Shown here in pieces: positions 41,532 to 52,473 of a DNA stretch of 64,000 bases. Location: NCBI GenBank assembly GCA_045561295.1, contig JBJKYD010000016.1:1-64000 (forward strand), in the 5' to 3' direction. The number at the start of each line of letters is the position of its first letter. The first letter of the stretch is position 1. The notes beneath the pieces were generated by a model. The model saw only the letters and a list, made by a program, of their open reading frames with translations. It had not been told where the DNA came from and ran no database searches. The translations under genes were made by a program, and so were the position numbers. The stretch is from Gammaproteobacteria bacterium. GTDB lineage: Bacteria; Pseudomonadota; Gammaproteobacteria; GCA-002705445; GCA-002716945.

Positions 41532-42524
41532 ATGTTGACAGAAAGAGAGAAAATATTAATAAAAAATCTTGTAGATGAGTATATATCTACAGGAGAAGCT
41601 ATTAGTTCGGAAAAAATATTAGTCAAATCTAAACTTAAATGTAGCGCAGCTACTATTAGAAAAGACCTTAATAATTTAGAAAGTAAGGGGCTTATTGAAG
41701 CTACTCATACCTCATCTGGGAGAATACCTACTGTAAAAGGATACAGACATTATATTGATAATAATCTACGAAGAAAACCATTATCTATTGAGGAACAAGC
41801 AGCTATTAAAAACCTAATCAATTCGGATGCAAGTAAAAATAATATCATTTCTTCGACCAGCGAATTTATATCTGAAATATCTGATTTTGCTGCTGTTATC
41901 GGCTCGCTAGACAATGATAAGAAGATATTTCTTAAACTTGATATTCACAAGCTTTCTTCAACCAGAGCTCTAGCCGTTGTTATAATGGATAACAATCAAA
42001 TAGATAATAAAATTATTGATATTGATAACATTAACTCTAAAAAGTTAGATTCTTGCGTAAAGTATCTAAATGAAAACTTTGCTGGCATTGAGTTGAAAAA
42101 TATCCCTCAGATTCTTACTAAGAGTCTAGAGACAATAAGAGGAGAGATAGATACCGCACTAAAGGTCCTTAATAACTTCATATACCCTGATGTAGATGAT
42201 TTTTATATCACAGGTCAAAGGAAACTCGTGGATTCACAAGATTTTTATGATATTGAAAAAGTAAAAAATCTTGTTGAACTTTTCGAGAAAAAACAAACTC
42301 TTAAAGAGATATTGACAAATTGTATCTCTAATGAAAATATTCAAATTTATATTGGAAATGAGTCTGGAAGTGAGCTTTTAGCAGATTGCAGTGTAATTTC
42401 TGCCCCGTACAAAAAAGATAATAAAACAGTAGGGGTACTGGGTGTGATTGGCCCAAAAAGAATGAATTATCAGAGAATAGTTGAGATTGTAGATTTTACT
42501 GCTAAAATATTTTCGAAAAAATAA
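41532..42524 (+). CDS. hrcA: Heat-inducible transcription repressor
   Basis: SAATIR, HTSSGRIPTVKGYR, GVIGPKRMNY. Confidence 0.96.
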   Translation: MLTEREKILIKNLVDEYISTGEAISSEKILVKSKLKCSAATIRKDLNNLESKGLIEATHTSSGRIPTVKGYRHYIDNNLRRKPLSIEEQAAIKNLINSDASKNNIISSTSEFISEISDFAAVIGSLDNDKKIFLKLDIHKLSSTRALAVVIMDNNQIDNKIIDIDNINSKKLDSCVKYLNENFAGIELKNIPQILTKSLETIRGEIDTALKVLNNFIYPDVDDFYITGQRKLVDSQDFYDIEKVKNLVELFEKKQTLKEILTNCISNENIQIYIGNESGSELLADCSVISAPYKKDNKTVGVLGVIGPKRMNYQRIVEIVDFTAKIFSKK

Positions 42525-42533
42525 GAGGATAAT

Positions 42534-43073
42534 ATGATTGATAAGGATGATAGCTTAGATAACAACAATATCGAAGAATCAAAACTTGATGATATTTCAA
42601 AAAACATTGATACAGAAGAGCAAGATCAGGAACAAACAATCGAAGAGAAATACAACGAAACCTATGACGCATTGTTAAGAGCAAAGGCTGAAGTTGAAAA
42701 TATTAAAAAAAGATCTGAAAAAGAAATCAATAATGCTTATAAGTTTAGCACTGAGGGAATTTTCCTTGATTTAATACCTATTTATGAATCCTTAGATATT
42801 GCTATATCTCAAGGACAGGAAAAGACCACAACTGACAAGCTTATGGAAGGAAATAAGCTTTTGAAAAACATGTTTGACTCACTATTAGAAAAGAATTCTC
42901 TAGAAGTAATTAATCCTATTAATGAGAAATTTGATCCTAATTTACATCAGGCTATTAAGACCATAAAAGATGATAAAAAAGAGAATAATTTCGTAGATGA
43001 AGTTCTTCAAAAAGGATACAAACTCGTAGATCGTGTTATCAAGCCCGCACTTGTAGTAGTTATAAAAAATTAA
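42534..43073 (+). CDS. grpE: Nucleotide exchange factor GrpE
   Basis: LRAKAEVEN, FDPNLHQA, QKGY...RVIKPALV. Confidence 0.96.
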   Translation: MIDKDDSLDNNNIEESKLDDISKNIDTEEQDQEQTIEEKYNETYDALLRAKAEVENIKKRSEKEINNAYKFSTEGIFLDLIPIYESLDIAISQGQEKTTTDKLMEGNKLLKNMFDSLLEKNSLEVINPINEKFDPNLHQAIKTIKDDKKENNFVDEVLQKGYKLVDRVIKPALVVVIKN

Positions 43074-43136
43074 TTACTTGAAAAATACCTTTTAGTACAT
43101 ATATTACCCTTGTAATTAATAACACGGAGATAACAA

Positions 43137-45089
43137 GTGGCGATTATTGGTATAGATTTAGGAACAACTAATTCATGCGTTTCCATCATTGATGGAGATA
43201 AAACTAAAGTAATTGAGAACAGTGAAGGTGACAGAACAACACCATCATATGTAGCTTTTACAGATGATAACGAGACTCTTGTTGGGCAATCTGCAAAGAG
43301 ACAAGCTGTTACCAATCCTTCAAATACTCTATACGCCATAAAAAGGCTCATCGGGAGAAAATTTGATGAAGATGCAGTTCAAAAAGATATTAATCTAGTC
43401 CCATACTCTATTGTTAAAAATACAAATGGCGATGCATGGGTTGAAGCAAACGGTAAAAAAATTGCACCCCCAGAAATTTCAGCAAAAATACTCATGAAAA
43501 TGAAGCAAACAGCTGAAGACTACCTTGGATCAGAAGTTAAAGAAGCAGTAATAACTGTTCCTGCATATTTCAATGATTCCCAAAGACAAGCTACTAAAGA
43601 CGCAGGTAAAATTGCTGGTCTTGATGTTAAAAGAATTATAAATGAACCCACAGCTGCAGCACTAGCTTATGGCTTGGATAAAAATACAAATGAAAAAAAG
43701 GTTGTCGTTTACGATTTAGGTGGAGGTACATTTGATGTCTCTATAATTGAAATGACGAAAATTGATGGTGAACAACAATTTGAAGTTCTTTCTACTAGTG
43801 GAGACACTTTCCTAGGTGGAGAAGATTTTGATCTTAGACTTATAGATTATTTAGTAGATGAGTTTAAAAAAGATCAAGGTATAGATCTTAAACAAGACCC
43901 TCTAGCTATTCAGAGATTGAAAGAAGCTGCAGAAAAAGCAAAGATAGAGCTTTCTTCAAGCTCACAAACAGATATTAATCTACCATACGTAACCGCAGAC
44001 GCTTCTGGACCTAAACATATGAATCTAAAACTTAGTAGAGCTAAACTCGAATCTTTAGTTGATGATTTAGTACAAAAAACTTTAGAGCCTTGCAAAATTG
44101 CACTTAAAGATGCAGGTATCTCTGTGAGTGACATCGGAGAAGTAATACTTGTTGGTGGTCAAACACGTATGCCTAAGGTTCAAGAAGTTGTAAAAGATTT
44201 CTTTAATAAAGAACCTAAAAAAGATGTTAACCCTGATGAGGCTGTTGCCATGGGCGCAGCGATACAAGCTGGTGTATTGGGCGGAGAAGTTAAAGATGTG
44301 TTGTTACTTGATGTCACCCCATTGACATTAGGAATAGAAACAATGGGTGGAGTAAGGACCCCTCTAATAGATAAAAACACAACTATACCTACAAAGAAAT
44401 CTCAGGTGTTTTCAACTGCAGAGGACAATCAACCTGCCGTTACAGTTCATGTTCTTCAAGGTGAAAGAGAGGTTGCATCTGGTAACAAATCACTTGGAAA
44501 GTTTGATCTATCAGACATTCCACCTGCACCAAGAGGTACACCTCAAATTGAAGTAACTTTTGATATTGATGCAAATGGAATATTAAATGTATCTGCAAAA
44601 GATCAAGCCACTAATAAAGAGCAATCTATTGTTATTAAAGCTTCAAGCGGTTTAAGTGAAGAAGAGATTAATAACATGGTCCAAGATGCTGAAAAACATG
44701 CTGAAGAGGATAAAAAAGTTAAGGAGTTAGTAGATGCTAAAAATCAAGCTGAAGCAATGATTAACGGTTCTGAAAAAGCAATAAAAGATCTGGGAGATAA
44801 AGCTGATAAGGCTGATGTAGAGGCTACAAATAAAGCAATTGATGCATTGAAAGAGGCGGTTAAATCTGATGATGGTGAAAAAATCAAGGATCTAACAATG
44901 AAGCTAACCGAGGTTGCAGGAAAGATTGCGCAACAAGCTTACCAAGAACAGGCTCAAGCTCAAGGAGCAGGCGGACAAGCGGATGCTGATACTAATAGTG
45001 GCGCGTCTGGAGCATCTAAAGATGCGGTGGATGCAGAATTTGAAGAGGTTGTAGATAATAAAGACGAACCAAAAGAAAATTCTAAATAA
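43137..45089 (+). CDS. dnaK: Chaperone DnaK
   Basis: [32 protein letters not shown]; GTG start with GGAGA SD. Confidence 0.99.
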   Translation: MAIIGIDLGTTNSCVSIIDGDKTKVIENSEGDRTTPSYVAFTDDNETLVGQSAKRQAVTNPSNTLYAIKRLIGRKFDEDAVQKDINLVPYSIVKNTNGDAWVEANGKKIAPPEISAKILMKMKQTAEDYLGSEVKEAVITVPAYFNDSQRQATKDAGKIAGLDVKRIINEPTAAALAYGLDKNTNEKKVVVYDLGGGTFDVSIIEMTKIDGEQQFEVLSTSGDTFLGGEDFDLRLIDYLVDEFKKDQGIDLKQDPLAIQRLKEAAEKAKIELSSSSQTDINLPYVTADASGPKHMNLKLSRAKLESLVDDLVQKTLEPCKIALKDAGISVSDIGEVILVGGQTRMPKVQEVVKDFFNKEPKKDVNPDEAVAMGAAIQAGVLGGEVKDVLLLDVTPLTLGIETMGGVRTPLIDKNTTIPTKKSQVFSTAEDNQPAVTVHVLQGEREVASGNKSLGKFDLSDIPPAPRGTPQIEVTFDIDANGILNVSAKDQATNKEQSIVIKASSGLSEEEINNMVQDAEKHAEEDKKVKELVDAKNQAEAMINGSEKAIKDLGDKADKADVEATNKAIDALKEAVKSDDGEKIKDLTMKLTEVAGKIAQQAYQEQAQAQGAGGQADADTNSGASGASKDAVDAEFEEVVDNKDEPKENSK

Positions 45090-46210
45090 TGGCTAAGGCC
45101 GATTACTACTCGTTGCTCGGGGTCTCTCGTAATGCCTCCGAGCAGGAACTAAAAAAAGCATATAAAAAACTAGCTATGAAATATCATCCTGATAGAAATC
45201 AGGGCGATAAAGACGCTGCTGAGAAAAAGTTTAAAGAAGTGTCAGAAGCATACGAAGTTTTATCTGATCAAAATAAAAGACAAGCTTATGATCAATTCGG
45301 TCATGATGGACTAGATCAAAGATTTGGACAAAACGGCGGTTTTCAAGGTGGCTCCTTTAATGACATTTTTGGTGATGTATTTGGAGACATATTCGGAGGT
45401 GGCTCAAGATCACAAAATCAACCTAGAAGAGGTTCTGATTTAGAATATCGTATAGAAGTGTCACTTGAAGATGCCATTAAAGGTAAAGAGGTAAAAATGA
45501 GTGTACCTCGGAGAATTAACTGTAAATCATGCAATGGCACTGGTGCTAAAAATGGTACTGCGATGAAAACTTGTAGCCATTGTAATGGCCAAGGTCAAGT
45601 TCGTGTAAGCCAAGGATTTTTCTCCGTTCAACAAACATGTCCTGTCTGCAAAGGAAGAGGCACAGTAATAGAGGAACATTGTCCAGACTGTCAAGGAACA
45701 GGCTTTAGGCAAGAAACTAAGAAACTTGCTGTTAAAATACCAGCTGGAGTGGATACTGGGGATCAAATAAGATTATCTGGAGAAGGTGAAGCAGGTCCTA
45801 ATAATGGGATTGCGGGTGATTTATATGTTTCTGTAAAAGTTAAGCCGCACAAATTTTTTCAAAGAGACGGAGATGACTTATTGTGTGAAGTGCCAATTAG
45901 TTTCACTTCTGCAACATTGGGGGATAAAATAATATTACCAACACTTGAAGGTAAAGTTGAATTAACAGTTCCAGCTGGCACTCAAAGTGGTCGAGCATTC
46001 AGGGTTAAAAATAAGGGAGTTAAATCAGTAAGGTCGTCGTATAAAGGTGATTTATACTGTAAGGTAAATATTGAGACTCCAGTTAATTTAACAAAGGAAC
46101 AAAAAGAATTATTAAATCAACTTGATAAATCTTTTTCAAAAAGTAAATCTAAGCATAGACCAAATGAAAAGTCGTGGTTAGATGGTATTAAGGAATTTTT
46201 TGATAAATGA
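45089..46210 (+). CDS. dnaJ: Chaperone DnaJ
   Basis: HPD J-domain, G/F region, four CxxCxGxG repeats. Confidence 0.99.
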   Translation: MAKADYYSLLGVSRNASEQELKKAYKKLAMKYHPDRNQGDKDAAEKKFKEVSEAYEVLSDQNKRQAYDQFGHDGLDQRFGQNGGFQGGSFNDIFGDVFGDIFGGGSRSQNQPRRGSDLEYRIEVSLEDAIKGKEVKMSVPRRINCKSCNGTGAKNGTAMKTCSHCNGQGQVRVSQGFFSVQQTCPVCKGRGTVIEEHCPDCQGTGFRQETKKLAVKIPAGVDTGDQIRLSGEGEAGPNNGIAGDLYVSVKVKPHKFFQRDGDDLLCEVPISFTSATLGDKIILPTLEGKVELTVPAGTQSGRAFRVKNKGVKSVRSSYKGDLYCKVNIETPVNLTKEQKELLNQLDKSFSKSKSKHRPNEKSWLDGIKEFFDK

Positions 46211-46932
46211 ATGTAAGTAAAATAGCTATAAATGGATTCTTTGGAAGAATGGGACAAACTATTTATAACTTATCTATAAAAGACAAAGAAAAATTTGAAG
46301 TGACTGTCGGTTGTGATCAAAAAGACAAAATAGATCTGCAGCATGAAATTTCACTAACTGATGATTTATCCAAATTCTCAAATTCATTTGATGTGGTCAT
46401 CGACTTTTCACTTCCAGAGCCATCTATAAAAGCAGTTAAAATATGCGAAGAAATCTCAAAACCTATTACGATTGGTACAACAGGTTTTAGTAACGAACAA
46501 AAAGAATATTTAATTGCTGCTAGCAAAAAAATACCATTGCTGCTCGCTCCTAATATGAGTTTAGGTGTAAATGCATCACTTCAATCGATTTCTGACTTAT
46601 CTAAGTTATTAACAAACTATGAAGTATCTATTGAAGAGACACATCATAAAAATAAAATTGATTCACCCTCTGGTACTGCGCTAAAAATTGCAGATGTTAT
46701 AGCAAATGCTCGAGGAATTGAAGCTAGTAGTATAGATATCAAAGCTTATAGGGAAGAGGGTGAAATTGGGGTCCATAAAACTATATTTAAGTCAGATGAT
46801 GATGAAATTATAATCTTTCACAATGCATTTAATAGATCAATATTTGCAAAAGGAGCTTTAGAGACATCTCAATGGATTGCAAATCAGAAACCAGGGCTGT
46901 ACACATACAAAGACTTCATGGAAAGTGTTTAA
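46207..46932 (+). CDS. dapB: 4-hydroxy-tetrahydrodipicolinate reductase
   Basis: [34 protein letters not shown]. Confidence 0.96.
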   Translation: MNVSKIAINGFFGRMGQTIYNLSIKDKEKFEVTVGCDQKDKIDLQHEISLTDDLSKFSNSFDVVIDFSLPEPSIKAVKICEEISKPITIGTTGFSNEQKEYLIAASKKIPLLLAPNMSLGVNASLQSISDLSKLLTNYEVSIEETHHKNKIDSPSGTALKIADVIANARGIEASSIDIKAYREEGEIGVHKTIFKSDDDEIIIFHNAFNRSIFAKGALETSQWIANQKPGLYTYKDFMESV

Positions 46933-47861
46933 TGAAAATTGCCGTTGTATTTCCAGGACAAGGTTCGCAAAATAAATCTATGCTAGATAGTTTTGAAGAA
47001 ATAGATGTATTTAAAAATATTATTAGTGAAGGCTCAGATATATTAGGCTACGATATTGCATCGATAATAGCCGATGAAGATAAGATAAACAATACCTTAT
47101 ACACACAACCCCTTGTGTTAGCTGTATCTTATGCTATCTGGAAAACTTTAATAAACAAAGTAACTTTAAATGTATCTTTGGGAGCTGGTCATAGCCTTGG
47201 TGAATATACTGCTTTAGTTGCAAATGGAGCTCTCACCTATAAAGAGGGTTTGTTGCTTGTAAAAAAACGTGCAGAACTTATGTCTAACGCAATGGAACAC
47301 ATTGATGGAGCAATGGCAGCTGTGATAGGTATTGAGGGTGACTCAGTTGATAAAGTCTGTAAACAAGAAACAAAAGAAAATAATATTATTGAAGCAGTTA
47401 ATTTTAATTGTCCAGGGCAAACGGTAATCGCAGGGCATTCATCAGCAGTTGACGCTATTATACCTGTACTGAAAAGTGCCGGAGCTAAAATAGTAAAAAA
47501 ATTACCGGTATCACTGGCTGCTCATACAAGTTTGTTAAAGCCCGTTGCTGATGAATTAAGTAATGTACTTAGTAAATTAAGTTTTAATCAAAATGATTTT
47601 GATATCGTACATAATTATGATTTATCTGTTGGCCAAGATGGTGAACATCTAAACCGAGTTCTTTCAAATCAAGTTTGTTCACCTGTAAGATGGATTGAAA
47701 CTCTTGAGAAGTTTAAAGCAAACAATATATCTAACATAATTGAAGTTGGCCCAGGTAGCGTATTGTCTGGTTTGGTTAAGCGATTTGATAAATCAATCAA
47801 TGTATATCCAACTAAGTCGATTGAAGATATCAAAATGTTAGCTGAAGCATTATACTATTAA
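46932..47861 (+). CDS. fabD: Malonyl-CoA:ACP transacylase
   Basis: FPGQGSQ, GHSLGEY, VNFNCPGQ, EVGPG; start at ATG 46932. Confidence 0.97.
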   Translation: MKIAVVFPGQGSQNKSMLDSFEEIDVFKNIISEGSDILGYDIASIIADEDKINNTLYTQPLVLAVSYAIWKTLINKVTLNVSLGAGHSLGEYTALVANGALTYKEGLLLVKKRAELMSNAMEHIDGAMAAVIGIEGDSVDKVCKQETKENNIIEAVNFNCPGQTVIAGHSSAVDAIIPVLKSAGAKIVKKLPVSLAAHTSLLKPVADELSNVLSKLSFNQNDFDIVHNYDLSVGQDGEHLNRVLSNQVCSPVRWIETLEKFKANNISNIIEVGPGSVLSGLVKRFDKSINVYPTKSIEDIKMLAEALYY

Positions 47862-47864
47862 AGT

Positions 47865-48593
47865 ATGAAAGATAAGATAATATTAATTACAGGTGCTAAT
47901 AGAGGGATAGGGCATAACATACTTAAAAAAATAGCAACATATGGGTACACAGTTATTGGGACCTCTAGAAGTAAGGATGGTGCCGATATGATTACAGAAG
48001 CTTTAAAAGATTCCAATGGTAAAGGGATCGTCATGGACGTTACGAATCAAGAGTCTATTAACTCCTCTGTAAGTAAAATTAAAGAAGATTATGGCACAAT
48101 ATACGGATTAGTTAATAATGCTGGAATTACAAATGATAACTTATTAATGCGAATGTCCGATGAGCAATGGAATACAGTAATAGAGACAAATCTAACATCA
48201 TTATATCGAGTCACAAAATCAGTAATTAAAGATATGATGAAAGAAAGAACAGGCCGAATAGTTAACATTGGATCGATAGTGGGTATTATGGGTAATGCAG
48301 GGCAATCAAATTATTCTGCTACTAAGTCAGGACTTTTAGGCTTTACAAAGTCTCTAGCAAGAGAGGTATCATCGAGAAATATAAATGTTAACGCTATTTC
48401 ACCTGGGTTTATTGATACTGACATGACTAGAGCGTTATCAGAAGAACAGATTGAAGCTTTAACAAAAAATATCCCGCTCGGAAGAATAGCATCTCCTGAT
48501 GAAGTTTCATCAGTAGTAGCCTTCTTATTATCAGATGATTCATCATATATAACGGGTGAAAATATTAATGTAAATGGCGGCTTATATATGTAA
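47865..48593 (+). CDS. fabG: 3-oxoacyl-ACP reductase
   Basis: TGANRGIG, NNAGIT, YSATK, PGFIDTDMT. Confidence 0.97.
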   Translation: MKDKIILITGANRGIGHNILKKIATYGYTVIGTSRSKDGADMITEALKDSNGKGIVMDVTNQESINSSVSKIKEDYGTIYGLVNNAGITNDNLLMRMSDEQWNTVIETNLTSLYRVTKSVIKDMMKERTGRIVNIGSIVGIMGNAGQSNYSATKSGLLGFTKSLAREVSSRNINVNAISPGFIDTDMTRALSEEQIEALTKNIPLGRIASPDEVSSVVAFLLSDDSSYITGENINVNGGLYM

Positions 48594-48647
48594 AAATACA
48601 TATAATTTTAATATAACCAATTCAATTTCGGGTAGGAGAAATCAATA

Positions 48648-48881
48648 ATGAGTAGTGTAGAAGAAAGAGTAAAAAATATAATTGTTACTCAATTAGGTGT
48701 AAAAGCAGATGAAGTCAAAAATGAATCAAAATTCATAGATGATTTAGGTGCAGATTCTCTTGACACTGTAGAATTAGTAATGGCATTAGAAGAAGAATTT
48801 GAAACTGAAATTCCTGATGAAGACGCTGAAAAAATTACCTCTGTTCAAGAAGCTATAGATTACGTTAACTCAAATCAATAA
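48648..48881 (+). CDS. acpP: Acyl carrier protein
   Basis: [20 protein letters not shown]. Confidence 0.99.
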   Translation: MSSVEERVKNIIVTQLGVKADEVKNESKFIDDLGADSLDTVELVMALEEEFETEIPDEDAEKITSVQEAIDYVNSNQ

Positions 48882-48883
48882 TA

Positions 48884-50128
48884 ATGACTAAAAGACGCGT
48901 AGTAGTCACAGGCATCGGATGTCTCACGCCTTTAGGATGTACTAAGGATAAATTTTGGAATGCCTTGTTAGATGGTAAATCTGGAGCACAAACAATTGAT
49001 TTTCTGGATATTGAAAAACTTCCAGTAAAATTTTCAGCATCAGTTAAAGATTATGACTCAGAGAAATACTTCGATAGAAAAGAACTTAAGAAAATGGATT
49101 TATTCATGCAGTATGGGATGGCTGCAGGTATAGATGCTGTCGATGATTCTAAATTATTAGAATCACAACTAGATTATAATAGAATAGGCGTATCAATAGG
49201 TTCTGGCATAGGCGGTCTGCCTAATATTGAATCAACTAGAGATACTTTCCAAAAAAGCGGTTCAAGGAGAATATCTCCATTTTTTGTCCCCGCAAGCATA
49301 ATTAATATGATTTCAGGAAATTTATCTATCAAATATGGATTTAAAGGTCCAAATTTATCTATCGTAACTGCATGTACTACAGGTACACACAATATAGGCG
49401 AAGGCTTCAGGCAAATACAATATTCCCATGCAGATATGATGATATGTGGAGGAGCAGAAATGGCAACATCAGATCTTGGAATTGGTGGATTTGCTGCTGC
49501 TAGAGCTCTTTCAACTAGAAATGATTCCCCAGAGACTGCCAGTAGACCATGGGACACCGATAGAGATGGTTTTGTACTAGGAGATGGTGCAGGTGTACTA
49601 GTGTTAGAAGAATTGGAGCATGCAAAAAAAAGAGGAGCTACAATCTATGCTGAAATTAATGGATATGGTATGAGCGCAGATGCATATCATATGACATTAC
49701 CATCAGAAACAGGTGAAGGAGCATCTCGCTGCATGACCTTAGCCTTAAAAGATGCGGAACTAGATCCATCTAAAATTGATTATATTAATGCACACGGAAC
49801 ATCAACGCCAGCAGGCGATATTCTTGAACTTAAAGCTGTTAAAAAGACATTTAATGATCACTCAAAGAGCTTGATTATAAATTCATCAAAATCAATGATA
49901 GGCCACTTACTTGGCGCAGCAGGAGGAGTTGAAGCAATTGTTTGTATACTCTCTATATTAAATAGTAAAGTCCATCAAACTATAAACGTGTCAAATTTGG
50001 ACGCAGAGTGTGATTTAAATGTCAATCATGAATCAGCTGTAGATTGTGATATAAACTATGCTCTGTCTAACTCATTTGGGTTTGGCGGGACAAATGGATC
50101 TTTAATTTTTTCGAAATTTAAAGATTAA
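48884..50128 (+). CDS. fabF: 3-oxoacyl-ACP synthase II
   Basis: TACTTG, NAHGTST, KSMIGHLLGAAG, NSFGFGGTN. Confidence 0.98.
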   Translation: MTKRRVVVTGIGCLTPLGCTKDKFWNALLDGKSGAQTIDFLDIEKLPVKFSASVKDYDSEKYFDRKELKKMDLFMQYGMAAGIDAVDDSKLLESQLDYNRIGVSIGSGIGGLPNIESTRDTFQKSGSRRISPFFVPASIINMISGNLSIKYGFKGPNLSIVTACTTGTHNIGEGFRQIQYSHADMMICGGAEMATSDLGIGGFAAARALSTRNDSPETASRPWDTDRDGFVLGDGAGVLVLEELEHAKKRGATIYAEINGYGMSADAYHMTLPSETGEGASRCMTLALKDAELDPSKIDYINAHGTSTPAGDILELKAVKKTFNDHSKSLIINSSKSMIGHLLGAAGGVEAIVCILSILNSKVHQTINVSNLDAECDLNVNHESAVDCDINYALSNSFGFGGTNGSLIFSKFKD

Positions 50129-50136
50129 TTCCTAAC

Positions 50137-50946
50137 TTGAAAATTCAAGTACATATTAATAAAACATCTGTGTCTGTAAAAGATAGAGGTTTTAATTATG
50201 GCGATGGTATTTTTGAGACAATTCGTGTAAAAAATAATAAATGTCTTTATCAGTCAGATCATATAAATAGATTGATAAAAGGCTGTAAAGTATTAAAAAT
50301 TTCTTCTCCGAGCAAACAGCTATTAAACAGCTCTATAAAAAAATCTATAGGTAAAACCAGAGAATGTATAATAAAAATTATATATACAAGAGGTTTGTCT
50401 AATCATGGATATGGTTATGATAAAGATATCATTCCTCAGCTTTATATAATCAAAAAAATAAACGCGCTTCCAAAATGTAAAAAAGCTATTTCACTTGGTT
50501 ATTCACAATACTGCTTGAGTGATAATAGCTATCTTTCGAAAATAAAACATATGAATAGGTTAGAACAAATATTAGGTATAACTTTCAAACCCAAAAAGAT
50601 ATTTGATAATTATATTCTGGTTGATAGAAAAAATCATATTGTTGAATGTATATCTTCAAATATATTCTTTTATAAATTTAATAATAATAAATTTATTTTT
50701 CATACTCCAAATTTAAAAAATAATGGTGTAGATGGTATTCTAAAACAACAAATTATTAAAACTCTTATAAAGAAAAATATATCTGTCTTTGAGAGAAGTA
50801 TTAAAAAAAATGATATTGCAAAATATCACGGTTCTTTTATATGTAATTCAATTTCCGGTATAGAGTTTGTCAGTCAGATTGATAAACAATCATTAAATCA
50901 TATTGAATCTTTAGAAGATTTATTACATAAATATATATATGAGTAA
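50137..50946 (+). CDS. pabC: Aminodeoxychorismate lyase
   Basis: DRGFNYGDGIFET, IKHMNRLEQ, EC..SNIF; follows fabF; TTG start. Confidence 0.88.
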   Translation: MKIQVHINKTSVSVKDRGFNYGDGIFETIRVKNNKCLYQSDHINRLIKGCKVLKISSPSKQLLNSSIKKSIGKTRECIIKIIYTRGLSNHGYGYDKDIIPQLYIIKKINALPKCKKAISLGYSQYCLSDNSYLSKIKHMNRLEQILGITFKPKKIFDNYILVDRKNHIVECISSNIFFYKFNNNKFIFHTPNLKNNGVDGILKQQIIKTLIKKNISVFERSIKKNDIAKYHGSFICNSISGIEFVSQIDKQSLNHIESLEDLLHKYIYE

Positions 50947-51559
50947 TAAATTTATAGTAGTAGAGGGTAGTGAAGGAGTAGGTAAGTCATCTCAGATAAA
51001 GATAATTGAGCGTTATCTCATTAATAACAAGATAGATTATATTCTTACACGTGAACCAGGCGGCACAAGCTTTGGAGAATCAATTCGAGACATAATTTTG
51101 AATGATGATAATAATACTGAAGAACTTACAGATTCATTGCTTTTTTATGCCTCAAGGTATGAAAACTATAAGAAAATTATATTACCTGCCTTGGATGCTG
51201 GCAAAACAGTTGTTTGTGATAGATATCATTATTCAACGCTAGTATATCAGGGTATAGTTGGAAATAATTCTTATGTTAAAGCTATTCATGAAATATTTGA
51301 TGCTATATATTCTAAAATGATTGATCATATAATTTATCTATACACAACTCCTAAAGAAAGCTTTAAAAGAATTTCAAAACGATCTGTAACAGATAAATTT
51401 GAAAGTAGAGGACTTAGTTACCTGGAAGATCTATCAAACGCCTATGAATTAGTTTTTAATGGTATGAAAAATATAACAAAGATTGATACTTCTGAAGATA
51501 AAGATATAACTAAAGATAATTTAATTAAATCATTAGATAAGATATTCAAGAAAAAATGA
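50939..51559 (+). CDS. tmk: Thymidylate kinase
   Basis: EGSEGVGKSSQ, TREPGG, CDRY..ST..YQG. Confidence 0.96.
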   Translation: MSNKFIVVEGSEGVGKSSQIKIIERYLINNKIDYILTREPGGTSFGESIRDIILNDDNNTEELTDSLLFYASRYENYKKIILPALDAGKTVVCDRYHYSTLVYQGIVGNNSYVKAIHEIFDAIYSKMIDHIIYLYTTPKESFKRISKRSVTDKFESRGLSYLEDLSNAYELVFNGMKNITKIDTSEDKDITKDNLIKSLDKIFKKK

Positions 51560-52455
51560 TAGATCAATTAATATTGAGTAATAAACCAAGTAACTATTTA
51601 GTTACATCAACAGACCTAAATAATAGATATTTATTAGTAACGAAAAAAATTTGTAGCGAGATGAATATCAAAAAAGATCAATTAGAGAATAATCCAGATA
51701 TAAAATATGTATCTTTACCGATAATCGATAAAACTGGTAAAACAGTTAATTCGGTTTCAAACAAAGACTTAGTTCTTAATAATTATGGTTTAATTAACAA
51801 TATAGACTCGAATAAAATTGGAACGGAAATAACAATTAATCAAATCAGAGACGTCATATCATTCACGCAGTTATCAGCACATAAAGATAAAAAAATTGTT
51901 ATTTTAAATGACGTTTCAAAGATGAATATAGAAGCATCATCAGCTTTACTGAAAACACTTGAAGAAGTTTCTTCAAATTGTTCATTCATTCTTATTTGTA
52001 ACTCTGTTAGGGATGTACATGAAACAATTAAAAGTAGATGTTTGCATATTAATATTGATTCATATATTGATGACAACTCTAATAGCTTTGAAGAGTTTTT
52101 CTTTACAAGACATTCTTTTTTAAAAGATAATGACAATATTTATGACATATCTACATCACTTAATGAAACAGTTGATCAGATTAACGGGCTCCTAGATAAA
52201 TCATATGATCCTGTTGATGTGTCTATAATTTGGAATAAATTAGGCATTAAATTAATAATAGAGATAATTAATATGTATATTATATATATATTGAAGAAAT
52301 ATATTTCTACTGACCTCAAAACTATAGAATCTAAAGGGCACATAAAAAAGCTTTCAAACATTTATGAAATAATTCCAAATATTAAAAAGAATATCTTGAT
52401 GAATATAAACCCTAAATATCTACTCAATAACTTATCAATTGAATTAGCAAGCTAA
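51556..52455 (+). CDS. holB: DNA polymerase III delta-prime subunit, highly diverged
   Basis: NPD, ITINQIR, ASSALLKTLEE, TIKSRC; follows tmk. Confidence 0.8.
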   Translation: MIDQLILSNKPSNYLVTSTDLNNRYLLVTKKICSEMNIKKDQLENNPDIKYVSLPIIDKTGKTVNSVSNKDLVLNNYGLINNIDSNKIGTEITINQIRDVISFTQLSAHKDKKIVILNDVSKMNIEASSALLKTLEEVSSNCSFILICNSVRDVHETIKSRCLHINIDSYIDDNSNSFEEFFFTRHSFLKDNDNIYDISTSLNETVDQINGLLDKSYDPVDVSIIWNKLGIKLIIEIINMYIIYILKKYISTDLKTIESKGHIKKLSNIYEIIPNIKKNILMNINPKYLLNNLSIELAS

Positions 52456-52473
52456 TCATAATAATATCCAGTT

